DNA of 64,000 bases from Mytilus trossulus (GCF_036588685.1 NC_086384.1:45260001-45324000); one strand, 5' to 3'. Counted from the stretch's first letter, positions 1 through 15,016 are shown. Numbers and translations are program-made. The notes: generated by a model from the letters alone, not told the origin.

Positions 1-311
1 GGAATAAACCCCAAAAGAGCTGAACACATGTTATTTAAATGACTTTTATGAGTATGCAAAACTATGGTTGTATTAAACAAATACTTAATTGAGGAAATGG
101 CAATATTTCAGTTGGCCGAGATTAATCTTGAATTAAAATCTTGGCAAGTCTATAAAGTCTTTGTGTTTTGCAAGCTGTTGGTAATACCGCACTAAGTTTA
201 AATTTAGAATTTCCGATCAACAAGACAACATTTGTTTTATGTTCAATTGTGCTAACATGCAATTTACACAAAAGATTTCAATCGTAAAACAGATATAAAT
301 TAATAATGCTT

Positions 312-1290
312 GATCATTTTCAAAACAGTATAGTACTATATAGAGTGCAATGATGTATAAAAACTTGAATATGTCATATCAAACATGCAGATTTTTATAG
401 TTCATTCTTATGTTGTACTGTTACACCACTGTCCCAGATAAAGGGGAGAGTTGGGATCCCGCTAACATGTTTAACCCTGCCACATTCTGTATGAATGTGC
501 CTTTCCAAAGTCAGGCGCCTGTAATTCAGTGATTGTCGTTTGTTGATGTGTTACATATTTGTTTATCTTTTATTTTTTACATAAATTAGGCCGTTATTTT
601 TCTCGTTTGAATTGTTTTATATTGTCATTTTGGGGCCTTTTATAGCTGACTATGCAGTATGGCCTCATTGTTGAAGCCGTACAGTGACCTAAAATTATTA
701 ATTTCTGTGTTATTTAGTCTCTCCTGGAGAGTTGTTTCATTGGCAATTATACCACATCTTCTTTTCTAAAGAAAATCTATCATTTTGCAAGTTTTTAAAT
801 TAATTCATTCTGCATATTAATGATTTTTTCAATTTTACAATTACTTGAGAGAAATCTATAATAAAGTCCTGAACAACCATAAAATCGATCATTTTGAACG
901 TTTTTGTGAACTTAACATTGACGGATATTATTTTAGCTATTCTGCAATTTCAAAGAGTTTTGTTTTTAATTTAATGATCATTTTCAAAACATATAGTATT
1001 ATATAGAGTGCAAGCCTATGGTGAATAAAAACTTGAATTATGTCATATCAAACATGCAGAAAATCTGTCATTTTGCAAGTTTTTATTTTATTCATTCTGC
1101 ATATTAATGATTTTCCATAAATTTTACAACTACTTGAGAGAAATCTATAATTAAGTACTAATAACAAGCATAAAATTGATCATTCTGAACTTTTTGTAAA
1201 TTTAACCTTGACCGATTTTAATGTGGTTATTCTGCATTTTTAAAGATTTTTTTTTTTAATTTAACTATTACGTGAGAAATATATAATAAA
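312..1290. repeat. ~290-bp local tandem duplication; first copy interrupted by an interspersed repeat
   Basis: gatcattttcaaaac...catatcaaacatgcaga...aaatct(a/g)tcattttgcaag occurs at 312-970 (with insert 392-770) and uninterrupted at 976-1260. Confidence 0.8.
392..770 (+). mobile_element. Mytilus-type interspersed repeat family A (Mg1-like, Nin-domain-like core), copy 1
   Basis: tcttatgttgtactgttacaccactgtcccag...tcattggcaat.ataccacatcttc; homologous copies at 17070, 42079, 54580(-), 62670. Confidence 0.8.
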
Positions 1291-3614
1291 GCACTTAATT
1301 CAAATTTTTCTTCCATCAAGCAGAAATTTCAACCTAATTTTATGTAACATTATGTAACATTTGTTCAAGAAACCTTGAAATTTAAATATGAAACTGACTA
1401 CTGATACATTTCATAATAAATTTATTTCATTGAATGACAAATAGGTATGCATGGTTAATTTTATCTTTTTTGCAACACAGCAAAATATATTTCTGCACAA
1501 ATTTACATTATAGTTAATGATACACAAATGTTTTCTGTCCAGTGACAAATATTACACACTATTCAAAGACAATATGCTATGTCATTTAATTAAAACGCAA
1601 TGTACAAGACTTTCCTGATGACTGAAAACTGTGCTAGTTCATGAGTGATATTTAGAAGGAAGATGCAATGTCAAACTTCCTGAATACATAATTCTGTTTA
1701 AGGCCTATTTCTGAGTGCAGAAGCAGCAAACAAGTACCACATTTAAAGTTGCATACATGTACATTTGTTAGGGATAATAAAATTGTTTCAGATTCTGAAA
1801 TTATGCAAGAATGACAGTCATTGAAATTGAATACATGTATCAGGTACATACGTTTACATGTCTCCAGGTACAAATAGATTTTCTGTCATTTTAATGTAAC
1901 ATTTGTTTACCAATTCTCAGTTCTGAAATATCTTTTTTCTAAATTCAATCTCCATGCATTATAAGCTTGTTTGAACCCATTAACTGTCAAGTTAGATTGT
2001 CAAAACTTGGTGACTTTACAGGGGGCTTTTATTAAAAAAATTCAGTGTTTTATGAAGTAAAACTTTTAAAATTTGACAATTATCTTTTCGTACAAAAAAA
2101 AAAAGATTATTCTGCACTCTGCAGGGTTTTTTTACTTAATCTAAGACCTTTACTAGGGTAGAAGACACTTCATCAATGTTGACAATTGCAAATTTTTCAA
2201 TGTCAATTTTACACATAATATTCAAGATCACTTATTCGAAATTGGGAAAGAAAAGGTTGACATTAAAATTAAATTTCTGTCTTTTTAATTGAAATTTTGA
2301 AAGAAAAAAGTTGACATTAAAATTAAATTTCTGTCTAAATTGAATATTTTAATAATAATTTATATTTTAATCTTGATCGCTCTTAAACAAGCAAAGACAC
2401 TTCAAGGTCAGGCTGACATTATTATAGAACATTTCATTTGACAAGTTTTTAATATTGAACCATGAAAGTTCATTTTGTTCATGGTAAGAAATATGTAAGG
2501 TTTATATACTGACAATATTTAACATTAAATATTAAAACCCATAATCATTTCACACATTAATTTGTACCTAATTATAAAGAGCCTGAGGCCCAGTAGGAGG
2601 GGTTTCATTCTGACTCCCCTCCTGGAAAAAACATTCTTTCCCAAATTTCAAAAAAAATTATCATTAATTCTAGTCCAGATAAGGGTAAATCTCGAAATAC
2701 TGCTAAGTCCAATCCTGAATTCCACAAAAAATATAGGTCTCATTTCTACCTCCCAAACATGGTCTTTCTGCCCCTCAATATAATACTTTTTGCTAATCCA
2801 TATTCATATGGCAATCACAAACGGAGATTATAACTCTAATCTTCTAGAGCATAATCATTTACTTTTAAGTTTCAAATGTTATATAACGATCGTAATACCA
2901 TTTTTTGAAGTTTAAAATTCTCTTTAAAAGGAATGCAGCCAGACTACAATAAAGAATTATTTATTTCCCTCGGAAGATATTTTAAATTTGTGCAATCAAT
3001 TTATGAAGGATCATATTTTTTAACTTAATATCTGTTACATGTATAATTATGTCATAAAATGCATTAAATCATCATCATGCACTATAATTTATACTTAATA
3101 CATGTAATACATAATATTTTAAATTAGTCTGGAAGTGTTCTATTTGAAATACAAGCACTCACTTTAGGTGCTGACTAATAAATTCACTTAAAGATCAAAT
3201 CGCGCTTGCTGAACTAGCTAGGCGTCATATAAGTTATGATGTTCATAACTCATATAAATTTTACATGTATTGACAAGTAAAATTGTCAAAGATCATAAAC
3301 TGTTTAAAATATATATAAAATTCACCATACCGTACTTTTATTTCATCAAAAGTAATCTGAACATGTGCAAACTTTTAGTTTTTAGCTACTGTAAAAGCAG
3401 GTTATTTTCCAAGTGTAAAATTTCGGGATTTTCATTGAATAAGGTAAACTAAGTATATTGGTGGTTATTAATTTGGCGGAATCAAAACTTAATCAATACC
3501 TTTGCATTTGCACTTTTAAAGGTAGTATTTCTTTTGGCAATTTGGTTCTATCCGCAAAAATTTATACCTAGTGAAAATAACCCGCTATACTTAATGTTTT
3601 TTAATATAAATTAC

Positions 3615-3728
3615 CTCCGTGTGCTGGTATAACTTCCACACATAGAGTAGTTTCTCTTCCTCTGTACATTCCAACCCATCTTCTAAAAGGCGACGATCAA
3701 TCTCAGCTGAAATCTCTGAAGGACTCTC
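3615..3728 (-). CDS. Second coding exon (ESPSEISAEIDRRLLEDGLECTEEEKLLYVWKLYQHTE), resembling the N-terminus of long CCDC30 isoforms; gene continues left of the window
   Basis: Polypyrimidine tract + tttAG acceptor (3730-3729), 114-nt open phase 0/0 exon, GAG|GTAATT donor; the L.EDG...E.L..LW.LYQ.TE motif is recalled from CCDC30-type proteins (not searched). Confidence 0.7.
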
Positions 3729-6700
3729 CTAAAAGAAGAAAAAGACATGTTAAAATTATTTTATTTACCAATATCCTTAATTTTGAGGGGTTGTTAGGGT
3801 AAAAAGAAGGCTTCAATATGATTATCTGTGTTTCATGTTTTGTACCTCTGAATGTTTAAATTTTAAGGGGGCGGGGGCGGAGGCCTGGTAGAAGCCATGT
3901 ACATATTTTATGCAACGTTACGATAATATCATCTTTACAGTGCCTTCCACTCAATAAAGTCTAAAAAATAGGGTTATAGTAAAGACATGTGTCCTGGACA
4001 CCAGATTTTTGGAAGCACCATTCCATGAGTGTGTCTGTTGTACTCATCCTAATGTCACTAGCTTAATAACGTTATCATCAGAAGCTACATATGTAACTAT
4101 CTGACTCCAAATATTCCTCATTTTGGTTTTCATTTAGAGGTGTAGTGTAGGTAGACAGAGGGCACAATTCACTGTTAAACCTTATATCAGATATGGAAGT
4201 CTCGTTTACAACTAAGGTGCAAGAGGAAATTGATACAGGACCAAATCATGTGATTATGGACAATTGGTGTTGATCATGAAGTTATTGCAAAATACATGAA
4301 AAGTACTTTTTTCTAAAAAAAAAAAATGTCAACTGTCGAACTGATATTAGCTATATAGTAATTTTAAAGAAAAATGTCAACTGATTTTAGTCAATTAAAA
4401 GAAAAATGTCAAAAAGTTTTTAAACATACCCCTGATAAATTACCTCAGATATTTTTATTAATTTAATATTCATTTGAAATTAGCATGAACTAAAAAGGGA
4501 AAAGAAACTGGACAGGTGTACATGTCCATGTACATGTACACCTGTGCCTTTTATGTCAAACAACACCTTTTAAGCAGGTACATTGTAAATTGCATTATCT
4601 ACTCTAACAAGGAAGTGAATTTAAATAGTACAATTTGAATAACTGGAATTTTTAAAGCAATTGATTTTTTAGGGGGTCGATAAAAAACTTCAAAGTTATA
4701 AAAATTTTGGTCTAGGCTTAAATGAAAAAAAAAAAATCCACTAATCAAAGATAATGAAAGTTACTGTGATCCCTGGAAAAAAGTAATGTACACTTCTATA
4801 TATATCTATTGCTCAATCATAAGTAATGATTCATAATGTTAATAGAGGTCTTCGTAGTAATTTACTTGGGCAAGTTCCAAGTAAAAATTTCAAAACCCTG
4901 GCGTGTATACCACCACTGAATTAATCCTGTTCTCAGACCTTTTAGAAATTTTCTCCAGTCAAACATGGTGAGTCATCTACTATACATGTAGGTGCTTTAC
5001 CTAGAACCCTGCATACATGTATGTACAGTACAGAAATTTACCTCTTCATAAATGATTTCCAACTCCTCAGGTAAAATAGAATTCAACACTTCCATTCTTA
5101 TATACCATGTTCAAACAAAAAACATGTTAATCCTCTTGTAATCACTTGATGTACATATATATGCTTACAAATCAAGCCAGCTATTTTGGACAATGCTGTC
5201 AACACTTTATCATATATTTGTTTATAGTAATCAATTCCACATGTCTTCACACATTCAAAAAATTCAATCAAATATACCTATATCATAAGTAAACATTCTG
5301 TACACACTTAAATCCTACATAATTCATTCATATTAAAGAATTTCACATGTATGCATATTCCCTAACTAAACAATTCATTCATATTAAAGAATTTCACATG
5401 TATGCATATTCCTTAACTAAATTCCATTTGTAAAATAAAATCGTTCACGTATTTTCAATTTCTTAAATTTCCAAACGGATGTTCTTAAATGTTCTAAGAC
5501 AATTTTCAAATATTTAAATAGAATCCAAACATCTGAACCAAATTTTATCGAAATCTCAGACTGGGTGTCTGTTGTACTGAAATAAAGTCCTTATAATGGA
5601 AGGAAAACAAAACAATCAAGTTCAAACTGTTTAATACATGTCTATCTTATAACAAAAGACTGTGTTTATTGTTATTTTGGATTAAAGTGTGAACTTTATC
5701 GTCATTCAAATTGTTCATGATAATCGATGTGGTATATCCTTTTGACACCCAGTGTTTTAATTATATATAACTTGCCAACTTTCAACAATCTACTTTCACC
5801 CCCTAGTAATTCTAAGGTTACATAGTTCAAATTACTTTATAATGGTTTTCAATTAACAACAAATAACACACTTTTTTTTAATATGTCTTACATATTTAAC
5901 TAAAAAAATGACAAATTAACTGTTCTTTGAATTCATGATCACTCACTACTGCCTAAAAAAAGCCATGTTTGCACTCATTGAATCGACCCTATTTCTAGTG
6001 TGTTAGTACATGTACCTGTAAGAATTTTGTCTTTTTTTAGAGAAAAAAAATCCTTTTTTTTTTAGTCACTGTTTCGGGAGTAAACCAGTCAAAAAAAATT
6101 TATACATGTGTATGTGTTTTATTGAGAGAGAAAAACAACTTTTCAGTCACCGTTTTGGGAGTAAACCGGTCAAAAACTGTTTTGAAAAATTAAATTCTTT
6201 GACACGTTACATTGATACATTTTCCGACACTTATCTGTTTTAAGCATATGCATCTTTGAGGAAATACAGGTATTTGTATTACATTTTTTGGCCTAACTTC
6301 ATACTCAGAAAGCTGTAACATGTACATGATGTACCGTATATCAAAACATTCATAAACAAAAAAGGTAATTACAATGAATTACAGGGATTATTATCCAATC
6401 CTAAAATGGCTATTTCTTGCTGAATATTTATCAGAAGTAAAAAATCATAAATTAGAGCTGCACGTACATGATGTGAATCTTCCAATTGATTTTAAAACCT
6501 CTTAAAAGACATTCAATACGAAGGTTCACAAGGCATTAACTATGCTAAATTTTGACAATAATGATAAGAAAGATAATCTAAACTGGGATTATATTTAATG
6601 CATCAAAGCTAAAAACTCAAAGCCTAAAGAATCTCCTTGTATATATGTAATTAAAGTTTCAGTAGTCTGAATAATAAAAAGCTTTTCAAGTTTTGACCAT

Positions 6701-7962
6701 ACATTTTTTTACATGTACAAGTATGTGTGTCTTCCTTTGCATGCACTAACTGTAGTCTGCTAAAGCAACTACTCAACTATGTAGATACTCAAAAGCATGT
6801 GTTGCTCCTCTTTATACAGCTAGTGTCTACTTAAACCTGACATAAATGACTTGTAAATGTTTATCTCAATCATGTTACATGTAGAAACTTAATTAAGAAA
6901 ACCCAGGATAAGAGCATTTTTGTAAAACTTTGTAAAAAATTTAAGGTACAATATGTGTCTGTAGACATACAAATGTAATAATAAAAGTCCCTATGAAGTC
7001 TGATTTCAATTGATGTCATGGTTTGTAAAAAGATTTTTTTAAACATCTATGATGAAAGCCTTAGCTAGGGTCTGATAAACATCATCTTTTAAAAAATAAA
7101 ATTATTAAAAAAAAACAGAAAATACAAAATACAAAAAAAGTAGTGTATGGAAATGCTGACTCGTCAAAATTTTAGGTACACATATAACTTTAACATGTAA
7201 TACTTATACTGGTAAAAACAGTAAAGAATTTTGACCTTAAATTCATTATATCTACACTTCTTTTCAAACTCAAATTAAATTACAGTGATTTCATACCACA
7301 CAAGACAAATATTTAGAGATTAACTCTTTTGTCTGGTAACGATTACTCCAATTTTCAACAGTACCCCCATTTACAAAGGGATATATTGTCAAAGAAAGAT
7401 TTAAAGCTATTATACCTAATTTTCATTCTTCGTCTTATCACTATACCTACCTAAGTCAACATTTACACTAAATTTAAAGGACTGGGGTTATATATATTGT
7501 TTATTTTCATAATCAACAATTTTAATTACCACACTTGAATATATATACATTTGTATATACAAAATCTGTGTGTAGATGTGAAATGAAGAATGCCTATTTT
7601 TCATCTCTATATTTCTATGCCAGGGTAAAATATATGGAATGTGCAAAATGTACATCTACCCATGTAATAGACATGATAGATATTGGTTCAGCCTAAACGA
7701 TAGTAATATAAATATTTCAAAAGGTGTGTACACGTACAATGTATGTAATAAATACTATAAATGAATCATAACAGAAAGCTCATGTCTCATCATACTCCTC
7801 AACACTTATGACAAACTTTAAAGAATATAAAGACAGATTTCTTAAAACAACTTGTATCTTACAGACACAGAAGATACAAAATAAACCAACACAAGGAAAA
7901 AAGTCTCAATCTGCTCGATCCGGATATCTTATTATATACAATAACATGTTATATATACATAC

Positions 7963-8155
7963 ATTAGACCGTTGGTTTTCCCGTTTGAATGGTTTTACAC
8001 TAGTAATTTTGGGGCCCTTTATAGCTTGTTGTTCTGTGTGAGCCAAGGCTCCATGTTGAAGGCCGTACTTTAACCTATAATGGTTTACTTTTTAAATTGT
8101 TATTTGGATGGAGAGTTGTCTCATTGGCACTCACACCACATCTTCCTATATCTAT
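7963..8155 (+). mobile_element. Interspersed repeat family B (related to the 3' half of family A)
   Basis: attagaccgttggttttcccgtttgaatgg...cacaccacatcttcctatatctat; near-identical copies at 15668, 17750, 55827. Confidence 0.8.
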
Positions 8156-10700
8156 GTATAGATAATACTACCTAGTTTCAAAGTTATAAAACTTTCAAAC
8201 TGTGCAGTGTGCACTGTAGGACATTAAATAATGTTAAGATACAAAATGAATGTGTATACATGTACGTACATGTATTATATTCAATGTGAATGATGGATTC
8301 ATTAACATTAATAAAAGGTTTTGCTCTATAAAATAAGTTTTAGATCTAGTCTCTACTGACCCACATGTACATTGACATCTACAAATGTACTTGTGCTACT
8401 CAATTTGGAGCCTTTTTGTCACTTTTTTATTAAAATGTTTTAAACTCTACTGTAGTACCACGACTTATCATGATTATGAGTAACTTATTTTTACAATTAT
8501 ACATTTCCTACGTTCACATGTGTTAAGAAGTTACATGTAAAATTGGAATTTTAAAATGTATTTAGGGAAAAAAGTAGTTCTCAAAAGAGAAATAGCTAAA
8601 TAGTGTCCTTTAAAAAGTGCTGTAACTTTAGAGGCCAGTAATTATACCTTGAATTACTAATACTTCCAGCTTATTAAACATTATTATGGTCAAATTAACG
8701 TGTTAATCACTCATTCAGGTCAAAAGCTCATTTGTAAAATACCTATTCTGTAAATCAACTGTGGCATGCTGCCCAAAGAAAACAAATAAAAGATTATGTT
8801 TATAAAATCTATGTAGGATAATTATGCCTTTATGCTTTTAAAATATTTTTAACTTAAGCTGTTGAATCATTGAATGCAAGTATCAATTTTCAGTTGACAC
8901 AAAAATTCCTGAGAAAAGTATGGAAGTCAAAGTTTACAATGATAAAAAATATATATACAATGTACATATACAGTGATAAATAGGTCACCACTTTAATTTT
9001 CTTTACATGTGGGTCTGTGTATAACACAATAAATCAGCCATTAAGGGCTGGTTCAGGTATTTTGGGAAATTTTTTAATAACTTATGCAAAGATACATCAG
9101 AACTGAAGTTGACTGCTGTATTTAATATGTGCAAACATTTATAGCTTTAGATTGCAGTCCATCTTTTTCATTTATACATGTATCTGTGTATTAGCACATA
9201 TATCAAGTTATTGAAAGTTACCATTCACCAATTATGGTAGTACAAATAGATGTATTAGTATACATATACATGTATTTACAATCTCCAAACTCTACAATGA
9301 AACTGGTTGGGTCTATTATTTTAATACATGAACATGTAGATAAGGAATATTTTTGTCATTTACAGAATTTTGTGCAGATGACGCTTTTCTATTAAATTTT
9401 TTAGTGGATGTTTATTTATGTATTTATCTGTATTTAAATTGGAATGAAATGATGTTTTAAAGAGAGAGGGTCACTTTTTTTTTGCCTGTAGATTAGAAGT
9501 ATCCCTAATTGATTTTTTAAAAATATGGGTTTTTCCCAGATACAATGTACAAGGTCTTTTTTGATTTATTGATATGTGTTCTACAACTTATTGATATGTG
9601 TTCTACAACACTTTCAACACCATTGTGTGATGTTGTGGGGTCAGTTTTTATTGATGCTAGAAAAATTTACACTTCTAGTCAATTAACAATCCAGTCAAGC
9701 TCACCTCTCATGTGCAGAATTTATTTCACAACCTGACATGATTCTATTTCACAACCTGACAGTGTTGACAGGTTAAACTTAGTGATACAGTATACTCAGT
9801 GGTACCTACATGTACTTAATAGTGTTGACTGCTTAGACCACTCAGCCACTGGGATTTTTTTTTAAACCCAATTACTAGTATATGTATACTTAAAGGTATA
9901 ATTATTCTTCATCGCTTTTGTCATTCATGTCATTCCTAAAAGTGATATACTGCCTACCAAATGAAATAAACCTTTTCCCTTTCAAATGTCAGAATGTAGT
10001 CATGTAGTCAATATGCACTATTGATTGTAATTGAGTTTTGTGGCACTTGCTAAATGTTTAACTTTCTTGCCCTATAATGTGTTTAATGTGGATTGTCTCT
10101 GCTTCTTTTTTGTTCTCAGTTAAACAGAAGTGTATGTAACCATTAACAAATTTACTGCATGTAAAAACGCCCATTATTATATCTCTTAAAATGTGGTTAT
10201 GTTTACATAAATGACCATAGCACATCACATGATCTGTGATAGTGTGCACATAAAGCAATGCAAATATTGTGCTATCAGCAATGTAAATAGAAGAGGCTAG
10301 CTATAATTACAAGGTGTATTTATTAATACAGTATAAATTTGCTCATGTTTACAGTTTTAGCATGTTTTGAAGTGAATATACTTTAAGATATAAATAAAAA
10401 TTTAAAATATCTTTTCTTTGAATTTGTGATGTAAATAGTAAACAGAAGCATGTTTGTGTGCAAGTTCATGCTTGTAAGGTAATCAATAGGTAATCACCTA
10501 CTTAAAAATTATGGTGTACAGGTGCAAATAAAGTAAAGTTGCAGGTAAAAATAGCAAAGTGATACAAGGCAAGATGATTTACTTCGGACTATTCATTCCT
10601 GTCTTAACGGGGACATAAAGAAAAAAAAAGAAACTTTTAAAATCACACTATGCATCTCTTGAAGTGCAATGCGTAATGTTTACCAACAAGGAAAACTCAC

Positions 10701-10730
10701 CAATAATCGTGGCGTTTCCGCAGTTGCCAT
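10701..10730 (-). CDS. First coding exon (MATAETPRLL) of a minus-strand gene, CCDC30-like
   Basis: aaacATGGCA start in good context; 30 nt ending at TTG|GTGAGT donor (10700-10695); phase 0 joins in frame to exon 3615-3728; promoter motifs lie just upstream. Confidence 0.7.
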
Positions 10731-10856
10731 GTTTTACGTCTCCGAAATTAATATATCCTTCAATTGTCACATTTTGTAAGTTTTTCTTTTACCCCAGAAT
10801 GTATTCGAAACTTAAAAAGACATGCATAACTGATTAATAGTGTTTGTTTCAACTCG

Positions 10857-10930
10857 CTACATGTCGGTGGTCGCCATTTTCAAACAATCAGTGTGTGTCG
10901 GTATCAACAATATTCCTGCGCACTTCCGGT
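10857..10930 (-). promoter_or_regulatory. Housekeeping-type promoter/5' region with YY1-like (AAAATGGCG) and ETS-like (CCGGAAGT) motifs
   Basis: cgccatttt at 10872-10880 and acttccgg at 10922-10929, CpG-richer patch ~150-200 bp upstream of the ATG at 10730. Confidence 0.55.
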
Positions 10931-11309
10931 ATAGATCACCTATTTTTATTTATTTATAAGGAACCAAATTTACTCTATTCCTCAAAAAATTTCAAGAAAT
11001 TAATATAAAATGTCTTAATGCGTATATTTTGATTACTTATCTACTTTTATTTATTAATAACATACGCACATCACTGTACTACTTTTCATTGAGGAGGACA
11101 TGATACTGGAAGTGCCCGTAGCAGACGAATTATCTTTGAGCTAGATAAACCCTCCCCCTTTTTGTTGAATAACCGGCTAATATGATTGATGTGGGATCTG
11201 AATAAGATTACCCGAAACAAGAAAAAACGGTAAAATTCGCTAGAAAAGGGTTTAAAAATAATGAAAAGAGATGAATTCTTAAAATTGGAAATATTGGTTA
11301 AAATACTTG

Positions 11310-11436
11310 TAAAAGTAAAATCCCAAAAATACCGTGAACTTAGAGGAAAATCAATTCGGAAAGTCCATAAACACATGGCAAAAATAACAAAACGCACCAA
11401 AAACGAATGGACAAGAACTGTCATATTCCTGACTTG
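11310..11436. repeat. Interspersed repeat fragment (family C), also at 63893-64000
   Basis: aaaagtaaaatc.caaaaatac...gaggaaaat...gaaagtccataa...atggcaaaat...aacgaatggacaa shared by both loci. Confidence 0.65.
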
Positions 11437-12179
11437 AAAGAATAGAGAATAAAACTGAGTGACAATGTATACCTCAGTCCTGGTATCAAATTTTTGGCGT
11501 TATTATATTTAGCATTTATCGTCGTTCAGTAAAAAGGTATAATAAAAACACCAAGGCAAATTCAAACAGGGAATATCCATAAAAACTAACAAAGTCAAAC
11601 GCTACAAATCAAAGGAACAAGTTAAAAACAACTGCCATATTCCTAATTTGGTACAGACATTTTCCGAGGAAATAGTTGCGGGTTAAATCTTGTTTTATAG
11701 ATAGTTAAACTTCCCATTTGTATGACAAGACGTAATAAACTAGTTTTAGCGTAGGTCTAAATCCAAGCAGAATTGTGTTAGAATGAAGCAATCAAGGACC
11801 CGCATCAGAACCATATATTTATTGAATAATTACTTAAATATTTTGAATCACTCTAGCTATAGAAATATCACGATGGACATATTGATGGACCATAAACCAT
11901 TTGTGTGTAATGAAGGAAGTCACGGATTTTTTCCAGTTCATGATAACTCTTGTTCAGATCCTAAAAGTTAACATTGAAGAAAATCAAAGTGTCGTCCTCT
12001 AATGTTCGCTGCTGTAACTTCGGGCCAAAACTGAAAACTGAAAAGGAGAAAAAATAACTGAAAGAATCAGGATCACCTTTAAAATGTTTTTATTCATATT
12101 CGCCAATACGTTTTAGTATTATCTTTGTCTTGTAACTGCATACAGGTTGTATGGATCAACTTGAAGTATGCTCTCAACT

Positions 12180-12805
12180 TATGAATAAAAACACTAAAGA
12201 ATGGGCTAATCACGTCCACGAATCCCATCAAAATTCGTGTCTCATACTGAAGGGTAAGCATATCCTACTCCACATGTGGCACCCATTTTGTCCTATGTGT
12301 GTAAGGACAGACTCTTAGAAAGGCATAAATTGGTAGATCACATTCGGAATAAAGAGGACGAGATAATGTTAACATATATGCTCTCAGCTTATGAATAAAA
12401 ACGCTGAAGACTGAGCTAAGTTAAACACGAACCCCATCAAAATTCGGGTTTGTTACGGAAGGGTAAGCATATCCTGCTCCACATGTGGCACCCATTGTGT
12501 CCTTCATGTGTAAGGACAGACTCTTGGAAAGGCATAATTTGATAATCACATTCGGAATAAAGAGGACAAGATAATTCGACCATATCAGTCATCAGCTGTT
12601 TAAAGGTATTCCATAACGGTCAACTAACTCGTAATGGTGTCTGTAAACTGTTCGAAGGGATACCACTTAGATCTCTTGGTTAAATAGCTTCCTCGTAAGC
12701 AGCCACCCTATACTAAAGAACTCATGATTGATTGGAAATACAATCTCAGGAATAACGTATCAACTGGGAGATATGTACTCCGTATACAGGCGCTGCTGGA
12801 GTGTT
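12180..12805 (-). mobile_element. Degenerate Penelope-like retroelement 3' fragment (RT C-terminus plus partly duplicated 3' region)
   Basis: Minus strand reads PAAPVYGVHISQLIRYS and, after frameshifts, HYELVDRYGI, matching the PLE RT thumb motif SNIP..PAYGVYISQLIRY; ~215-bp internal duplication 12180-12560. Confidence 0.7.
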
Positions 12806-15016
12806 GAGTGGTCGTCGAAATTAATCTGTATATTTTCTGTATTTCAATGATATTTTGGGCATATTATATAATTACGATAGTATTTGTTTATATAAATGCC
12901 TTCAAGCTTGGCCCGTTATAGTCTATGTAATTGGCTGATATCCCCATGTATTTTTTTTATTAAATGTATCAGTCTTCAATCAATCCAGGGTTAGTAGGAA
13001 AATGATACTTAAACCGGCGCTAACCCCCTATTTAAAGAAGTGTTTTGTATGGTGTGTCTCGACCCCTTCCGAATTCTCTTGTTAATGCAATTGGAGGAGG
13101 CAAGTTTTCAAAATGTAAAACAGAACTTGCAATTACTTTCCAAAGAGCGAACTCTCATGTGGCAATACGTCTACCGCTACCCAAGATCCCAATTTAATTT
13201 ATTTATTTTATGTCGTTCAACCACAATGCAAATCTATGTATTCGTAAAATATTTGACACTGGAGTTAAGCAACACCAATCAATCAAGCACAAGTATTTGA
13301 AATAACTTTTTTTACTCCAAATATATATAAGCCTTAATATTAACACAAATTCACATGATTTATTTTTCATACATTTAATTTGAAACTGTTTTGTGACAAG
13401 TATTATTATTATCCGTGTAATCATCCACGTCAGACTGACTGTCAATATCACAACTTTTTTTAAACCATTCCACCACTTTATAATATCCATTATAAGGAGA
13501 CACTTTGTTAATATCCATTTTTGAAAACTGTCGCTTTTTTGTGTCTGATGACCACTCAAAGTCCCACTGAAAACAGAAGTAAGATGATTTCTTTAAGAAA
13601 AATATCCGTGTTTTTAATTCTTTCTTGTATTGTGCATATTATTATACGGTTGATAGATGATAATTTTTATATATTTTTCCATTTATGCCGTTTTTTTATG
13701 GATAAAAAAAACCAAAAAATCTGTAATGTGCTATCTATATCTGAAACCTACACAACTTTGCATGTACCTAAAGAAATATGTACATATATATTTGTCAGAT
13801 TCGTTTTTTGCCATGCCTTTGACAGTTTCTCGACTTATGTATTTTTAATATTTCTTTGGTATTTTCCGATTATCCTCATACGTATATTAGTCCGTGACGG
13901 ATTTACAAGGACCTGTCATATGTTTGCGGCATTTCAAATCTCAACATTGATTATTCATTTATTCCGTGAACCTGTTTTTATCTTCTCGGTTTTTGTCAAT
14001 GAAGAAAAACAAAACCGATTCCTATCATTTTAACCTTTAAGCCATGATAAATCCAGACATAGTAATATATAATATAAATCTTTGTTTCTTCATAAAATAA
14101 CAACTTGTTTGTCTGCTCTTTGGTCGGTTTGTTGTCCCTTCGACATATTCTCAATTTCCATTCTCATTTTTTGTCGAGAAAACAACCTATTATTACAAAA
14201 TTAATATATTTGAAACGGGAATTGTCAAGATACCGTAAGTTTTCGTCTGCTTTAAATTCACACTGTTCATTATTACCTCTAGTTCTGGACTCTCGGAAGA
14301 CGCCGATTCCATATTTGTATCTTTATTTAATGCTGGGTTGATACCTTTGTCATGAAAAGCCTAAAACAACATTTAATTTGAATCATAATTTATTCATATA
14401 CATTTATATCTTAAATCATGAATATAACTAACAATGGTAACAAGTGTTTCAAATGCGATTGAGTAGATATTGAGTTTAATTTGTAGTTTTGCATTTAACA
14501 ATGCAGTGTTTACTTTTTTAACCTTTGTGCAAAATTGTGTACATGAACATATACCCAACAAGGAGATACACTATGAGTCTTTGGTATAGGAACATGTGGT
14601 CTGTACATGTAGATAACTGAATATGAAATTGATGCTTTGAAAGAGGGAAAATAATTATAAAATGATTAGAAAAGCTATCACTACTTCCACCATTCGAATA
14701 ATTTATAGACAATTTTTTTTATTTAGTATCATCATAGAGAAAATAAACTAATGATTACAAGAAGATACAAAATTTGTGCATGCCATTTAAAAATGATAAT
14801 TTGGAGAGAAATCTTTTAAAGGACCTCGCTAGTTCATTTGTCAACGAACATTTGTTACATTTGACATAAGTTGCCATATAAAATTTGTTATAAACACTGC
14901 CATTATACCAGTTCTTATTAGAAAAATTATTCTATACCCTTAATTTATTCCGCAATGAACAAACACAAATGGGAATAATAAAACAGAATTTTTCTTATCA
15001 GGACTTGGATCTGATA

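Noticed and set aside
13040-14341. Cluster of 60-170 aa hydrophobic ORFs
   Set aside because: F/I/L-rich composition expected from AT-rich non-coding DNA; no motifs or splice support
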